Below are positions 31,150 to 48,408 of a DNA stretch of 64,000 bases, piece after piece. The notes under the pieces were generated by a model. That model made no database searches. It saw nothing but the letters and a program-made list of their open reading frames with translations, and was not told the origin of the DNA. The number at the start of each line of letters is the position of its first letter. The first letter of the stretch is position 1. A program made the position numbers and the translations under genes. The DNA is from Eledone cirrhosa (taxonomy: Eukaryota): NCBI GenBank assembly GCA_964016885.1, contig OZ024740.1, positions 248,372,001-248,436,000 of the forward strand, written 5' to 3'.

Positions 31150-34100
31150 TTTAATGACCATGCTGTAAAATGGAGGGGTAGAGAGGGCCCTTGAGTCTAG
31201 TAAGACATCCTCTCTAGTGCTGGTGGCACAAATAAAAGCACCCAGTCCATGCTGTAAAGTGGCGCTGGTGTTAGGAAGGGCATCCAACCAGAGTATCAAT
31301 GCCAAAATCTTATCAGCACAGCAACAAAACAGCATAGAAAAATATGAAGACTTCGCATCTCAGAGTTGCAACACTTAATGTTGGCACTCTCAGAGGTAGA
31401 TCTGCTGAAATAGCGGAGATGCTGGAGAGAAGGCAGGTGGATGTGTGCTGCGTGCAAGAGGTGAGATGGAGAGGTGCCTCTGCGAGACTAGTCGTAGGCA
31501 AGCGTCTTAGCTATAAGCTATTCTGGGTAGGTAAGGATGATGGGTTAGGAGGAGTAGGCATTTTCCTGGCTGAGAAATGGATCAATAAGACAATAGAGGT
31601 AGTTCGAGTTAGTAATCGAATAATTAAGCTTAGATTAGTTGTAGGTAGGAGACTACTGACAATCATCTCGGTCTATGCTCCCCAAGCAGGCCTAGGCAAA
31701 GATGAGAAAGACTGCTTTTATGAGCAACTCTTGCAAACAACCACAATGACAGAGGACGGAGACATCGTTATGCTAGCAGGAGACTTCAATGGTCATGTTG
31801 GACAGCTCCAGGATGGTTACACTGGGGTACATGGTGGGCACGGTTACGGTTCAAGAAATGAAGGAGTGAGACTTCTTGAATTTTGTGATGCAAGTACATT
31901 GACTATTTGCAACACAAACTTCCAGAAACCTGCCAATCACCTAATAACCTACAAATCTGGTGAGCACATAAGCCAGATTGACTTCCTGCTAGTTAGACAG
32001 CGGGACAGGCAGATAGTGTCTAATACCAAGGCATACCCTGGGGAAGAATGTACCCCACAGCATAGGTTAGTTGTTAGTGATATCTCAGTAAGCAAGAGAT
32101 GGAATGAGACATATAGGAAGGTGTGGAGAAGAAAGGTCTGGAAGCTAAAAGACCTTTCACTAAAATTCAAATTTAGGAAAGCCCTTCAAGATGTATATGA
32201 CGAAAAAGAAGACGATTTAGAGACGTATGACAGATAATAACTGGAAGTTCTTACGTGACAACTTGCTGCAGGCTACTGATGAAACCTGTGGCTGGAGCAG
32301 AGCTCCAACCAGACAGAGAGTGACCTGGTGGTGGAACAGCACAGTAGATAAGGCTATTAGAGACAAAAGACTAGCATGGAAGGCTTGGAAAAAGGGTGGG
32401 AGTAGGGAAGAATATACAGCCACTAAGAGAGAAGCTAGACGTCAGGTGTACTTAGCACGCAGGGAGGCAGAGAGTAGGAAGTTTGCCAATGTTCTGCGAC
32501 GGGAAGATCAGAGGCGTGCGGTGTTCCACATTGCAAGGCAGTGTGTCAATGCAAATCAGGATGTTGTTGGTGATAAATGTGTCCGGGATGATGCCGGTGT
32601 ACTTAGTGTCACGAATGACCAGAAAAAGGAGGCCTGGAAATGTCATTATGAGAGACTGATGAATGTGGAGAACGAATGGGAGAGAGAGAAATTACCCTTG
32701 GTAGATCCGACAGAGGGACCAGCTATTGAGATTGACGAATATAGGGTCCAAGAGGCGATTAGGGAAATGAAAAATGGTAAGGCGGCCGGACCATCGGGAA
32801 TAGTTGCTGAGATGCTGAAGGCATCAGGGGACGTAGGCACTAAACTGGTTGCACGCATCATCAATCAGGCTATATATGGTGGTGTCATACCCAAAGACTG
32901 GTGCAGCAGTATTCTCATAAATTGCTACAAAGGTAAAGGGGATGCTTTGGAGAGGAGCAATTATAGGGGTATAAAGCTGATAGATCAGGTTATGAAAGTG
33001 GCAGAAAGGATTTTAGCACAACTAATTAGAGAAAGGGTCAAACTAGATGAGATGCAGTTTGGTTTTGTGCCTGGGAAGAGTACAACAGATGCCCTCTTCT
33101 TGGTGAGACAAATGCAAGAGAGGTTCTTAGAGAAGAATAAGCGACTATACTTAGCCTTTGTTGACCTAGAGAAGGCCTTTGATAGGGTACCCCGATCTGT
33201 CATCTGGTGGTCCCTAAGGAAGCTGGGTGTTGAGGAATGGCTTGTGAGGACAGTGCAAACTTTGTACAGAGGTACTCTCAGTAAAGTCAGGGTAGGAATG
33301 GAGTTTAGTGAGGAATTCAGATACAAGTAGGAGTACATCAGGGTTCGGTCCTCAGCCCGCTCTTGTTCATTATAGTCCTCCAAGCCATAACAGAGGAGTT
33401 TAAGACTGGCTGTCCATGGGAACTTCTCTATGCTGACGATCTGGCTCTTATGGCAGAATCAGTAGAGGAGCTAGAGAATAAATTCCGGCTATGGAAACAG
33501 CAGTTGGAAGCAAGAGGACTGAGAGTAAATCTAGCTAAGACAAAAGTGTTGATGAGTAGAAAAGAGGACAAAACCCTGATTCCGCCAGGGAAATGGCCAT
33601 GTTCGATATGCAGAAAAGGAACTGGCATAAATTCTATAAAATGCACACAATGCAGGTCCTGGGTACACAAGAGATGTAGCGGGATAGCAGGCAAACTAAC
33701 AGGTTGGGAGAAATATGTATGCAGTAGATGTACAGGGAAATTAGACAGTAGAAGTCGCACTGATAGACGCATTTTTCAAATGCGAGAGGGCGCTATAGAA
33801 GTGTACCTAGGAGATCAGATTAGCATGGGAGGAGGGTGTTCCGAGGCCATAGTATCTAGAATAAGGACGGGTTGTAAGAAGTTTAGGGAGCTGCTTCCTC
33901 TGTTGATGAAGAAGGGTTTCTCCCTGCGTACGAAAGGCCGGTTGTATGATGCCTGTGTGAGGAGCGCGATGCTGCATGGTAGTGAGACATGGACAGCAAC
34001 CGCAGAGGATATGCGACGGCTGGAGAGAAATGGGGCAAGCATGCTCCGTTGGATGTGCAGTGTAAATGTGCGTGAACGACCCAGCATAAATGTGTTGAGA

Positions 34101-34410
34101 GAGAAACTGTGTCTGAGAGGGATAGAATGTAGTGTACGGGAGAGGAGACTGAGGTGGTATGGACATGTGATGCGCATGGAGGATGAGCGATGGGTGAAGA
34201 AGTGCCAGGAAATGCCAGTTGAGGGAAGACGTGGTAGAGGTAGACCGCGAAAAACATGGGCGGAGGTGGTGAGAACAGACCTCAGATCATTGAAGCTCAC
34301 GGTGGAGATGACGAGGGACCGTGACGAGTGGAGAGATGCTGTGCTGAATTAGACCCGTCCCACCCTTGCAAGCAGGGAAAAGAGGACGTAAAATGATGAT
34401 GATGATGATG
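31150..34410 (+). mobile_element. Near full-length RTE-clade LINE with (GAT)n tail
   Basis: Frameshifted ORF 31344-34352. APE endonuclease (TLNVGTL, VQEVRW, GDFNGHVG, QIDFLL, QHRLV), RT (NYRGIKL, DLEKAFD, LYADD), a Cys/His finger, the RTE C-terminal RGRGRPRKTW, and a gatgatgat tail. Confidence 0.95.
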
Positions 34411-37300
<2,890 letters not shown>

Positions 37301-37590
37301 TACACCCATATTTAGAAACATCATATACCCGTGCATGTGCATACCTATGCATGTGATGTATGCGTTCTATAATATAGAATTAATATTTGCTACTACCCAC
37401 TCTAGTTGATCAATAATAAAATAATATTTTATTACATCATATAAAAGAGTCTATATGGAAGTAGAAAAATGAGTATCAACTCAAGACTATAACCCTCTAA
37501 AATGTATCTCAGATATTATTAAAGTAAAATCCTAATCAGGCGCCTAATTTTATAGTAGGATGAGTAAAAAGTTTTATGTTGACGAGATGG

Positions 37591-38157
37591 AATTATAGAA
37601 GCTGGTTTCTTATAGAATTCCATTAATATTTAGGAGCTGAATAAACAGAGCGATTGCTGGTCCACCAGATATTAGGTATTAGTATTGGTGCTCTGAAATA
37701 TGTATACATGTATGTATAGATATAGTATAATTGGAATTATACTGTATGTTTAATTTTGAATTTTATTCGCTATGAGTTTTAAAGTAGTGACTGTGTCACT
37801 TATTTTCGGCAAAAAACAAAGGGAGAGTGATAGGTATTTCATTATTTCAGAGCATCAATACTAATACCTAATTTTTGCTGGACCGGCAATCGCGCTGTTT
37901 AATCAGCTCCTAAATATTACGGGAATTCTATAAGAATCCAGCTTCTATAATTTTTTTATAAAGGCCGGGGAGTGTGTTGTTTTGATAAACTCCAACAAGC
38001 GAGAAATAGACTGTCAATCACTCTCCCTTTGTTTTTGCCGAAAATAAGTAAGTGACATAGTCACTACTTTAAAACTCATACGAATGGCCTTCTAAACGTT
38101 TTTAGTCAAACATACAGTATATTGCCAAATATACTATATATACATTCATATATACAT
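37591..38157. repeat. Interleaved inverted repeats A-B-A'-B'
   Basis: A 37591-37700 pairs with A' 37843-37952. B 37701-37831 pairs with B' 38017-38157. Confidence 0.85.
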
Positions 38158-38168
38158 ATATATATAGA

Positions 38169-39172
38169 GGATAACAATATATCGTTAAAGGTAATCCGAT
38201 AAGAGGTTGTGAAAATTACTTATCATGGATAGTTTAAGCGTACGGTGCTGTCTGACTCAACAAGAGGTTTATGTGGATGACGAGTTTATGACTTCACTTG
38301 TATTCTTGTGTAAGTACATCTTGGAGTAATAAAATTGAAAAAGCGAAGAATAACATGGTCAACAGTATAAACAAGGAAATTTATTTACAGTCTAATAATT
38401 GTTTCTATGATGGAGTTGTCTAAAAATTGCAAACACTGAAGTTAGTGGCACTCAATTTAAAATACATGCAACCCCATCATTTCGTCAGAGAACTAAGAAA
38501 AAATACAAAATATATGCGTAACGGTAAATTTATAAATTCAAATTACTACATCAATAATAATATTAATAATAAAGATATAGAGAGAAATAAAGGAAGGGGG
38601 AAAAGAAAGACGAAAGAGAAAACGAAAATACAGTTAAATGCATAACCGGCAAAATTACGAAATCAAGCTATCACATCAAAACAAAGGTAATATTAATAAT
38701 AAAGATACAGATAGAAAGAAAAGAGGGGGGATAGATGTATTAGAGGTAGAGAAGAAAACGAAGGATGAATAAGGAAAAAGAGATAGAGAAAGATGAAGAA
38801 GGAAAAGGAAAGCAGGTAGAGAGAGAGTAATTGTTGATGAATACAGGCAGAGATAGGATGGAGAGAAGATAAACAGACAGACGAATATACATTAATACAA
38901 GAATGTAAGCAAGTAAAAAATAGAGATTTAAGTATAGAGACAAATAAATAAATATATAAATACATACATAAATAAAGGGATAGATAAATAAATAAACAGA
39001 TAGATGAGTAAATAAACAATTTACATGTATTGTTATATAAAATGGTATAATATCTGAACTAACTTCAGTCTTTAGCAATTTTTAGACAACTCCATCATAG
39101 AAACAATTGTTAGACTGTAAATAAATTTTATTGTTTATACTATTGACCATGTTATTCTTCGCTTTTTCAGTT
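38169..39172 (+). mobile_element. Non-coding fold-back element (arms 38333-38430 / 39075-39172) in (TA)n
   Basis: ~98 bp inverted arms, a left-only extension ending GGAGTA, and a degenerate hammerhead-like half (cagtct...GAAAcaattgtt-agactg) in the right arm. Confidence 0.75.
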
Positions 39173-39880
39173 ATATATATATATATTTATATATATATAT
39201 AAAACATCACTGCACCCTAGGCCTAGAGCCCATCACCCTCCCTCTTCTCCCTCCCAGCACTACTAGTAGTAGTAGTAGTAGTCATTGATATCATTTTTTC
39301 CTTGGCTATCGCCTAGGACAACCTTGTTCGATTCGGGCTATAATCGGTACTCCTCCATCTGTACCCATCACATCATTTTAGGGGTCTGTAGAACTAACTT
39401 ATCTATTGTGTCCCTTTATGTCAGAAGCTAGAATAGGAATTTAAAGTGTTTTAACTGTTTTCTTAACAAGATGAGCGTCCACATAATGGAGGATCACTCA
39501 CTTGTCTGTATTACCCATTGTTAGTGTTGTTGTTGTTGTTGATGATGATGGAGATGATGATGAGGAGGAGGAGAAGAAGGAGGCGGAAGAAGAGGATGAT
39601 GGTGATGATGATTATGAGGAGGAGGAGGAGGGGAGGAAGACGACGATGACGACGACCAAGAAGAGGATGATGGTGATGATGATGCTATTCTATCTACACA
39701 CAAATGTTAAGCTATTATTAATGCAGCTATTATTAATCTTAAATGATGTCAAATAAAAACAATACACATGAGACACACACACTCGGAAATATGACATATG
39801 CACATATTTCCCTATGTATGTATGTATGTATGTATGTATGTATGTATGTATGTATGTATGTATTATGTATGTATGTATAC

Positions 39881-40400
39881 GTCAGGTCGATCTTCAGCGC
39901 TACTAGTAACATTTAACCCAGTACAACCTGGCATGGTCAAGTCGTCCGCGACTAAACCGGCAACCCCACCATGCTAGCTTGGTGAGGAAGGTGGTTTTGG
40001 ACACCCTGCGGGATGAAAAACAAGACCCATCAAAGGACGGAGGAACTCAGGAAAGTCAATTACCATCCTATAATTTTTTTATTGAATTTTTGTGTGTCTG
40101 TGTGGAACGAGCGACTCTTAGTCTTCATTAAGATATCTCTCTAGTAGAAGGCCACTCTGACATAAAACCTGCGACATAGTTTGCATCCGATGATGTAGAT
40201 CAGTTCTTATTTTTGGCAAAATTATTCGATGTTCAGAGTGGGATTGGCACTGTGCAAAGCCTTTCTTCGCTTAAAAATGCTTCAACCACAGAAATTGCTT
40301 TATATGTGATATTTTTTGCGATCCATTGTTTTGCTGACTGTAGGCAAGTCCCTAGCAGGACTAAAAAGCCACGCCGGTGATGTCATCAAGCGATGACATT
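39881..40400 (+). mobile_element. Unclassified interspersed repeat fragment, possibly LINE/SINE-derived
   Basis: Higher-GC island between microsatellites with no usable ORF. Confidence 0.3.
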
Positions 40401-40501
40401 ACTCGACACCAAGTTGCAGCCACCATATCTATGTATATATAGATATATATATAGATACTTATATGTATTATATTCATGTGTGTGAGTATAGATAGACAAA
40501 C

Positions 40502-40545
<44 letters not shown>

Positions 40546-40839
40546 GGCTTTGTATGGCTTAGTATGTGTGTGTATGACTGTGTTTTTCTTGAGGGTATAG
40601 ATGATATGACGTTAATGTGACGTAATTTGCACATGACTAAGACGTCATTGAACATTATAACAGTTGGTATTAAGTCAGTAAGACATATTGGCAAGATATT
40701 TTATACGAAGAAAGCTTTGATAGACAATTATCAGCACATTTTTGTGATAATTTAGGCTGATTATCATTTATAATTATTGTTGACATTAATCGATGCATGA
40801 CGAGAAAATGATGAAATGACAGCAACATGTTAGAAAAAT

Positions 40840-40899
<60 letters not shown>

Positions 40900-41219
40900 A
40901 AAGTTCAATTTAAATTGTTGGGATACAACAAGCAAATATTATTATAACTGATATAAAGCACTCGACAAATATTTGGAGTAGATATACAATATTAATAAAT
41001 GGAAACTATATTTATAAAACCATATTTATTTCATTATATATATTTCAAGGATACCAAGTTAAATCATGGTATGCCTTCATCAGACAAAATACAATATATA
41101 ACAGTTTTACCAATAGATAATTGACGTACCCTTTCAAAAAGGTGACCGTTGTTTTTGGAGGCCATCCGGATAGTGGTTTGTTTACTCTAGTAAGTCATAG
41201 TGTTAAGAGTAAGTAAAAA

Positions 41220-41267
<48 letters not shown>

Positions 41268-41840
41268 CGTGGAGAAAAGAAAGGGAAAGATAGATAAAGA
41301 AAAAGAAGAAAGCAAAAAGAAAAGAGAACAGAGGAGAAATAACGGGGAGATATCAAAACATCAGACAGAGAAAGAACTCAAGAGAGAGATATGCATAGAT
41401 AGAGAGAGGGGGGAGAGAACGAAAACCTTAAGTTATGTTATATTAAGTTGAGTTAACAATTGAGATGAAATGAATAAATAAAATTAGAAATATTAATATT
41501 CGTGAATGGAATATAGATATATAATATGAGAAATTACACATTGTTTAATTATGATTATATATTTAGTTTAAAATTGAGATCAATATATTAAAAATTGGAA
41601 TTTAAACACTACAAAATATATATATTGCTAGAGAGATTATCTATCGTATATCATATATACATAGGCAAAGGTACATAAATATATATATATATACTCACTC
41701 ACTCAGAAAATACACATTATATCTACTCCCGCACACAATGTATACATACAAAGCATAAGTGATTTTTTATTTATTGCTATACACTCTCTGTGTTATTAAA
41801 ATATTAAAATTGTGACATTGAAAATAAAACACAACTTTTC

Positions 41841-43540
41841 ATGCCAAGGAAACCTAAAATCAATATGAAGGATCATAAAAGAAACTTTGAAAATGATTTA
41901 CCAGTCAGATTAATTGCACCATCTAAGTCTGACCTGGGCAGACTTAGCAAAAATATTCTAGATAGAATAATACAACAAATTAAGAATTTACCTAATTTAT
42001 CTTACTTAAAATTATGGAAAGGGACTAGTGAGGTTATCGATTGGTTTAAAGAAATTAAATATAACTATAATAATAAGTTTATTCAGTTGGATATTGCTAA
42101 CTACTACTCATCTATCACTCCTAATCTACTGAATAAGGCACTAACTTACGCATTTAAACATACATACCTAACTAGCAATGAAATGCACATTATATTATCG
42201 GCACGGAAAACATTAATAGAATTTAATAACCAACTCTGGACTAGGGCAGATAGAAATAATAATTTCGACATAACTATGGGATCTTCAGACTCAGCTAAGG
42301 TAACGGACCTTGTGGGCCTTTTTATAATTAATTCTCTACATAGAAAAATACCAGGGGTAACTGGAGGCTTATATCGTGACGACATGCTTTTACTTATAGA
42401 AAATAATAGCTGTGAACTAAATAGAAAAAGAAAACAAATTATACAATTTTTTAATTACCTTAATCTAAAAGTAGAAATAGAGAATAACCATAAAATAGTC
42501 AATTTTCTAGATGTAACACTAAATCTAAACACATGTCTTCATTATCCATTTCACAAACTAAATGAGAACTTAAATGATATCAATTTTAACTCTAATCACC
42601 CCAGATCCGTTAAAAATACTATAGTGAACTCGGTTCAAGAACGAATCTCAAGAATTTCATCTAATAACAATATATTTGATGAAAAAGCGCATTATTACAA
42701 CGAAGCGTTAGTTAGAGCTGGGTATAGAAATAAAATTAAATACATCGATAATAATAATAATATACAAAATAACCAAAATAATAACAACTTTAATTATGGT
42801 AACAATTTCAACAACTATAATAGAAAGTATTACAATAACTCCAAAAGCCGAAAAAGAAATAGAACTAGGAATATATTATGGTTCTCTCCTCCTTTCTCAC
42901 TAAATATTAAAACCCCTATTGCTAAACTATTCGTTAAAGCTCTTGACAAACGATTCCCTAGAACACATAAATATTACTCAATTTTTAATAGACATACTAT
43001 AAAATTAACTTACTCTTCCACCAAAAATTTAGCGCAAAATATTAATAGAATTAATAATAGAAATTTAAAACCTAACCAAAATACCAATAATAATCCAAGC
43101 AATATTCAATCGAATAACTGTAACTGTAGAAATAAATCAAACTGTCCGTTACAACTGCTTAGCTAAAATGTAGTTTATAATTGTAATGTTAAAACTAATT
43201 TAAATTCATTTAACTAGGTTGGTTCTACCTCTACAGAATTTAAATCCCGCTTCAATAATCTTAAAAATTCTTTTACAGATCCAAACAAAAAATCTTCAAC
43301 TTCGCTATCTAGCCTATTATGGGACCTAAAACGAGATAATGTTGAATATTCGTTGATTTGGAATATTATTTCATAAGCTACTCCTTTTAATTCCTCTTCT
43401 GAAAATTGTGATCTTTGTATAGAGGAAATATTTTTATATTAAAGACCAAAAATTCCGTTAATTTAAGAAATAATTTATTCAGTTGCTGCAGACATAGATT
43501 GAACTCAATGTTTAAATATAAATATAAATTTAAAATGTAG
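41841..43540 (+). pseudogene. PLE reverse transcriptase + GIY-YIG endonuclease (5'-truncated, frameshift near 43150)
   Basis: QLDIANYY, ITMGSSDS, GLYRDDML, NFLDVTL, SNHP, CNCRNKSNCPL, then VGSTS, CDLC and CRH in the shifted frame. Confidence 0.92.
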
Positions 43541-45082
43541 TTTAATTAATTAAATAATTTAGTTAATATAAGAAACCTGTCGATAAATCATTAGATTCCT
43601 TCACCTTTTTCATTTTCTTTGGTTAAGTACCGAAGTATAAATTTTCTTCATAAATATAATTATAAATATAATAAACTATTCTAGAAAAGTTTATCCTTTC
43701 AATATCTGGAATAAAATATACGTAAGATAAATTTCTATACTAAACATATTATTTTAGCTTAGATTCATTTTATTTATATTTTTTTATTAGATTCATTTTT
43801 TTATTAGATTCCTTTTTTTTTATTAGATTCATTTTTTTTATTAGATTCATTTTATTTTTTATTTTTTATTTTTTATTTTTTATTTTTTATTTTTTATTTT
43901 TTATTTTTTATTTTTTATTTTTTATTTTTTATTTTTTATTTTTTATTTTTTATTTTTTATTTTTTATTTTTTATTAGATTTGTTTTCTGATAGCTTCCCA
44001 TAATTTTTATTAGATTTATTTTTTTATTCTGATAGCTTCTCATAATTTTCAAAAGTTTGTCCTCTCAATGTCTTGATTAAAATATACGTAAGATAAATTT
44101 CTATGCTAAATATATTAAAAATATTATTTTAACTTGAAATATTCTATAATATTTTGGGATATTTTAGTATTTTGATGTTTGTAGAATTCGTTTGCATTTT
44201 AAGTTATATTGATATAATTATAATCCTTTTGTATTTTATATACTCAATTGTACTATGTTATATGTTGATGTATACTTAGTGTTTATGTACGGCTTATGTA
44301 TCTATATGTGTCGGTTGACATACATATACATGTGTTATAGGTTTTTTGTGATTATGTGTCTGTCTGTATTTATGCATGAGTGACGCGTGTATACCAATTG
44401 AAGATACACACATATCTATTCATGTATAGCTAAGAATTATGGGTGTGAATATCCAGGCTTACACATGCAGTTTTTGATTGCAGATATACATAACTTAGCC
44501 ATAAATGCAAAAAAGTTAATCCTGTATATTTGTAGATATTTACTAAAAATTTTTAATTAATAACACAAAAAGTGTATAGCAATAAATAAAAAATCACTTA
44601 TGCTTTGTATGTATACATTGTGTGCGGGAGTAGATATAATGTGTATTTTCTGAGTGAGTGAGTATATATATATATATTTATGTACCTTTGCCTATGTATA
44701 TATGATATACGATAGATAATCTCTCTAGCAATATATATATTTTGTAGTGTTTAAATTCCAATTTTTAATATATTGATCTCAATTTTAAACTAAATATATA
44801 ATCATAATTAAACAATGTGTAATTTCTCATATTATATATCTATATTCCATTCACGAATATTAATATTTCTAATTTTATTTATTCATTTCATCTCAATTGT
44901 TAACTCAACTTAATATAACATAACTTAAGGTTTTCGTTCTCTCCCCCTCTCCCTATGTATATCTCTCTCTTGAGTTCTTTCTCTGTCTGATGTTTTGATA
45001 TCTCCCCGTTATTTCTCCTCTGTTCTCTTTTCTTTTTGCTTTCTTCTTTTTCTTTATCTATCTTTCCCTTTCCTTTCTCCAC

Positions 45083-45163
<81 letters not shown>

Positions 45164-45288
45164 CATCTTTTTACTTACTCTTAACACTATGACTTACTAA
45201 AGTAAACAAACCACTATCCGGATGGCCTCCAAAAACAACTTTTTGAAAGGGTACGTCAATTATCTATTTGTAAAACTGTTATATATTG

Positions 45289-45353
45289 TATTTTGTCTGA
45301 TGAAGGCATACCATGATTTAACTTGGTATCCTTGAAATATATATAATGAAATA
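45289..45353 (+). ncRNA. Type I hammerhead ribozyme (mirror copy ~41027-41091 on minus)
   Basis: tattttgt-CTGATGA-aggcatacca/tggtatcctt-GAAA-tatatata-atgaaata. Confidence 0.85.
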
Positions 45354-45408
45354 AATATGGTTTTATAAATATAGTTTCCATTTATTAATATTGTATATAT
45401 ATATATAA

Positions 45409-45811
45409 ACGGAAAAAATGAAACGAAATTTCATTTCTCACTCTTAGTACGGCTGTTACTTAAATATAAGTAAGTATACGTACATACATATATGTATACA
45501 GACGTACAGTAGTATGTATATATATATACATACATGCACACATATATATATGTAAGTATGGATTCACCGAACATTTATTATAATGCTCGGTGTGTTTGTA
45601 AACATTGTTCCTTTGTCAGGGTTGAACAAATGAGCAACGATGGTTCCTAGACACTGTACAGCTTAATTCGGGATGTTTGTTTACAAACAAACCGAGCATT
45701 ATAATAAATGTTCAGTGAATCCATACGTACATATATATATGTGTGCATGTATGTATATATATATACATACTACTGTACGTCTGTATACATATATGTATGT
45801 ACGTATACATA

Positions 45812-45816
<5 letters not shown>
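45409..45816. mobile_element. Non-coding fold-back mini-element (arms ~45464-45604 / ~45677-45816)
   Basis: Inverted arms with a left-only extension. A second, interrupted copy lies at 24242-24329. Confidence 0.8.
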
Positions 45817-45870
<54 letters not shown>

Positions 45871-45873
<3 letters not shown>

Positions 45874-48363
45874 GGAGGTGAGTTTTATTGTAGTACAATA
45901 AAGCAATGCAGATATCGGATAAGAAGCACTCTACAGTTTGTAGGACTGGAGTATATATAATATATAAGAACAAAAGATGGTTAAAAGAGTTCCATGTATT
46001 TTATTATGCGCATTTCAAAAACAAATATCATCATGCAATAATATTTGTGTTTTCATCAGATAAAACAGGAAGACAATATTCGTTGTTGAACTCTACCGCA
46101 CGTAAAACCATCCTAGAGTTCAACAACGAATATTGGACCAGAGCCGATACCTCTAACAACTACGACATCACAATGGGAGCATCCGATTCATCCCAATTGA
46201 CAGATTTAATTGGTATCTTTATTTTGAACTCTTTGAGTCGGAAAATTCCTCAACTTCGCGGTGGATTTACGTGACGATGGACTCTTTACTACTAACCATC
46301 CTACTAATATCAAGAATGCTATAATTAGGTTAGATATTCTTTTTCCAATATTACTATCTTCTAATAAAAACATCTTTGATGCTAACGCCAATTACTATAA
46401 TAACGCGCTTTCTAAAGCCGGCTATCCTGATAAAATCAAATATAGTAAAGAAACAAATTCTAGAAGAAATTACAGTAGAATAATTAATCATGATCATTCC
46501 AATAACTTTAATAAAAGACCTAGATACAAAAACATAATCTGGTATAATGCTCCTTTCTCCATCTCTATTAATAACAATATTCCTAAATTATTCCTTAGTG
46601 CCTTAAATAAATGCTTCCCTCCCTCACATATCTATAGTAAAATATTTAACAAACACACTATAAAATTTTCCTATTCTACATCCTCCAACATTTCCAACAT
46701 TATCTCTAAACACAACAATAAAATACTAAATACTAAATCTCTTCCTTCCAACACTGAATATCATAATAATAGTACTCCCGACGTCATTGTAAACCCTAGG
46801 CTAATTTCTACAAACCCAAATACAACGTCAAACACAACTTCGCTAAATGTTCTTAATCCCATTCTAAATCAAGAAACTATTATTCCTATCGCAAATAACT
46901 TCTCCAATCCAATTCCTTCTATAGATAACACTAGGTCACTCATTAATAATCTCTCTAATCGCAATTGCAATTGCCCTATTAAAAATAAATGTCCTCTCAA
47001 CAACCATTGTCTTGATAAAAACTTAATTTACGAATGTAAAGTTATAACTGACACCAATTCCTTCACCTATTTTGGCTCCACTTCCACCTCTTTTAAAGCT
47101 CGTCTTTATAACCATCATTCGTCTTTTAAATACAAACTTAAAATAACTTAAAAGAACTCATATGGTCCTTGAAAGACAAACATATTAAATATAGCATCTT
47201 TTGGAAGAAGGTTTCTTCTGCGTCTCCATACTTGAACAGTTCTCTATCCAAAATTTGCAATCTCTGTCTAAATGAAAAATTTACCATTATTTCTAATTTA
47301 GATTCTATAATAAATAGACGCACTGACTTGTTTTCTATCTGCTTGCATAAATACCATAAAACATTTCACAAAGTATACAGCTAAGATTCAATTCTTTATC
47401 AATTTAGAATCTTTTTCTCAAAGGCACATATATATATATATATACACTTCTTTTAAAAATATACCCATCGTTCTACCTTATTTCAAAGGTTATTATACAT
47501 TCTATAATACTTGTTACTCATTCTACATCACTCCTATTTATCACTTCCCTTTCTTCTCCTCTTCTTTTAATGTCTAACCCCTAATCTGTACCTTTTCTCA
47601 CTCTTGCCTAACATAGGATCAATTATTACATAATACAATACATTCTTACTCTATATCACCTTGTAAAAATCCTTCGTAAACATATACATTTTTTTGACGT
47701 TAGATTATTCATCCTCAATTCATTATTCTTTTCTTCCTTTCATCTAACCCATTCATGTTCATCTCACAATATTTCCTTACTTAAATAACCCTTTTAATAA
47801 TACATATCAACATTTTCTTAACATCGCACATATTATTAAACCCTTAAATATTATTCTCAATACATATTAACATTTTCTTTTTCATCGCACATATCAAACC
47901 CCTCAATATACAAACCTTAACTTTACATTATTTTCTCTTCGTTAATTTTCAAATTCTTTTAATTTATACATTATCTTCCAACGGTTTTCAACCTCTCTAT
48001 GTAAAACAATATATCTTTCTCAGTTATAAAAGCTATCTCTCTCTCTCTCTATCACCCATCTCTCCTCCTATCTCATCCTTCCTCATTATACTCCTCCCTC
48101 TCCACTTTTTACTCTCATCTCCTCCTCTTTTTCATCCTTTCCACCCCCCTCTAAATAAAATATTTTTCCCAATATCACACATCAATCTAAAACTACTTCT
48201 CATATGTTGATTTAAAACTGAACTATCCACAAGTGTTTTTTAACCTTCATATCATGTCTTCCTGTTTTATCTGATGAAAACACAAATATTATTGCATGAT
48301 GATATTTGTTTTTGAAATGCGCATAATAAAATACATGGAACTCTTTTAACCATCTTTTGTTCT

Positions 48364-48376
<13 letters not shown>
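45871..48376 (+). mobile_element. Fold-back Penelope-like element (arms 45952-46075 / 48255-48376), internally deleted
   Basis: Coding remnant ~46090-47384: ITMGASDS, RDDGL, CNCPIKNKCPL, YFGSTS, CNLC, CLH. Confidence 0.92.
48263..48333 (+). ncRNA. Type I hammerhead ribozyme (mirror copy in the left arm)
   Basis: ttttat-CTGATGA-aaacacaaatatt/gatatttgttttt-GAAA-tgcgcata-ataaaa. Confidence 0.85.

Positions 48377-48405
<29 letters not shown>

Positions 48406-48408
<3 letters not shown>

Larger units (their letters stand above)
40897..45398 (+). mobile_element. Fold-back Penelope-like element (arms ~40982-41798 / ~44556-45398)
   Basis: 5'-truncated RT-GIY-YIG ORF between ~815 bp inverted arms, with (TA)n flanks. 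Confidence 0.93.

Noticed and set aside
39502-39756. Acidic low-complexity ORF
   Set aside because: Mixed GAT/GAG/GTT trinucleotide repeats with no domain or splice support.
43780-43990. (TTTTTTA)n and ttattagattc repeats as telomere-like sequence
   Set aside because: Not TTAGGG. A simple-repeat expansion within a PLE 3' UTR.
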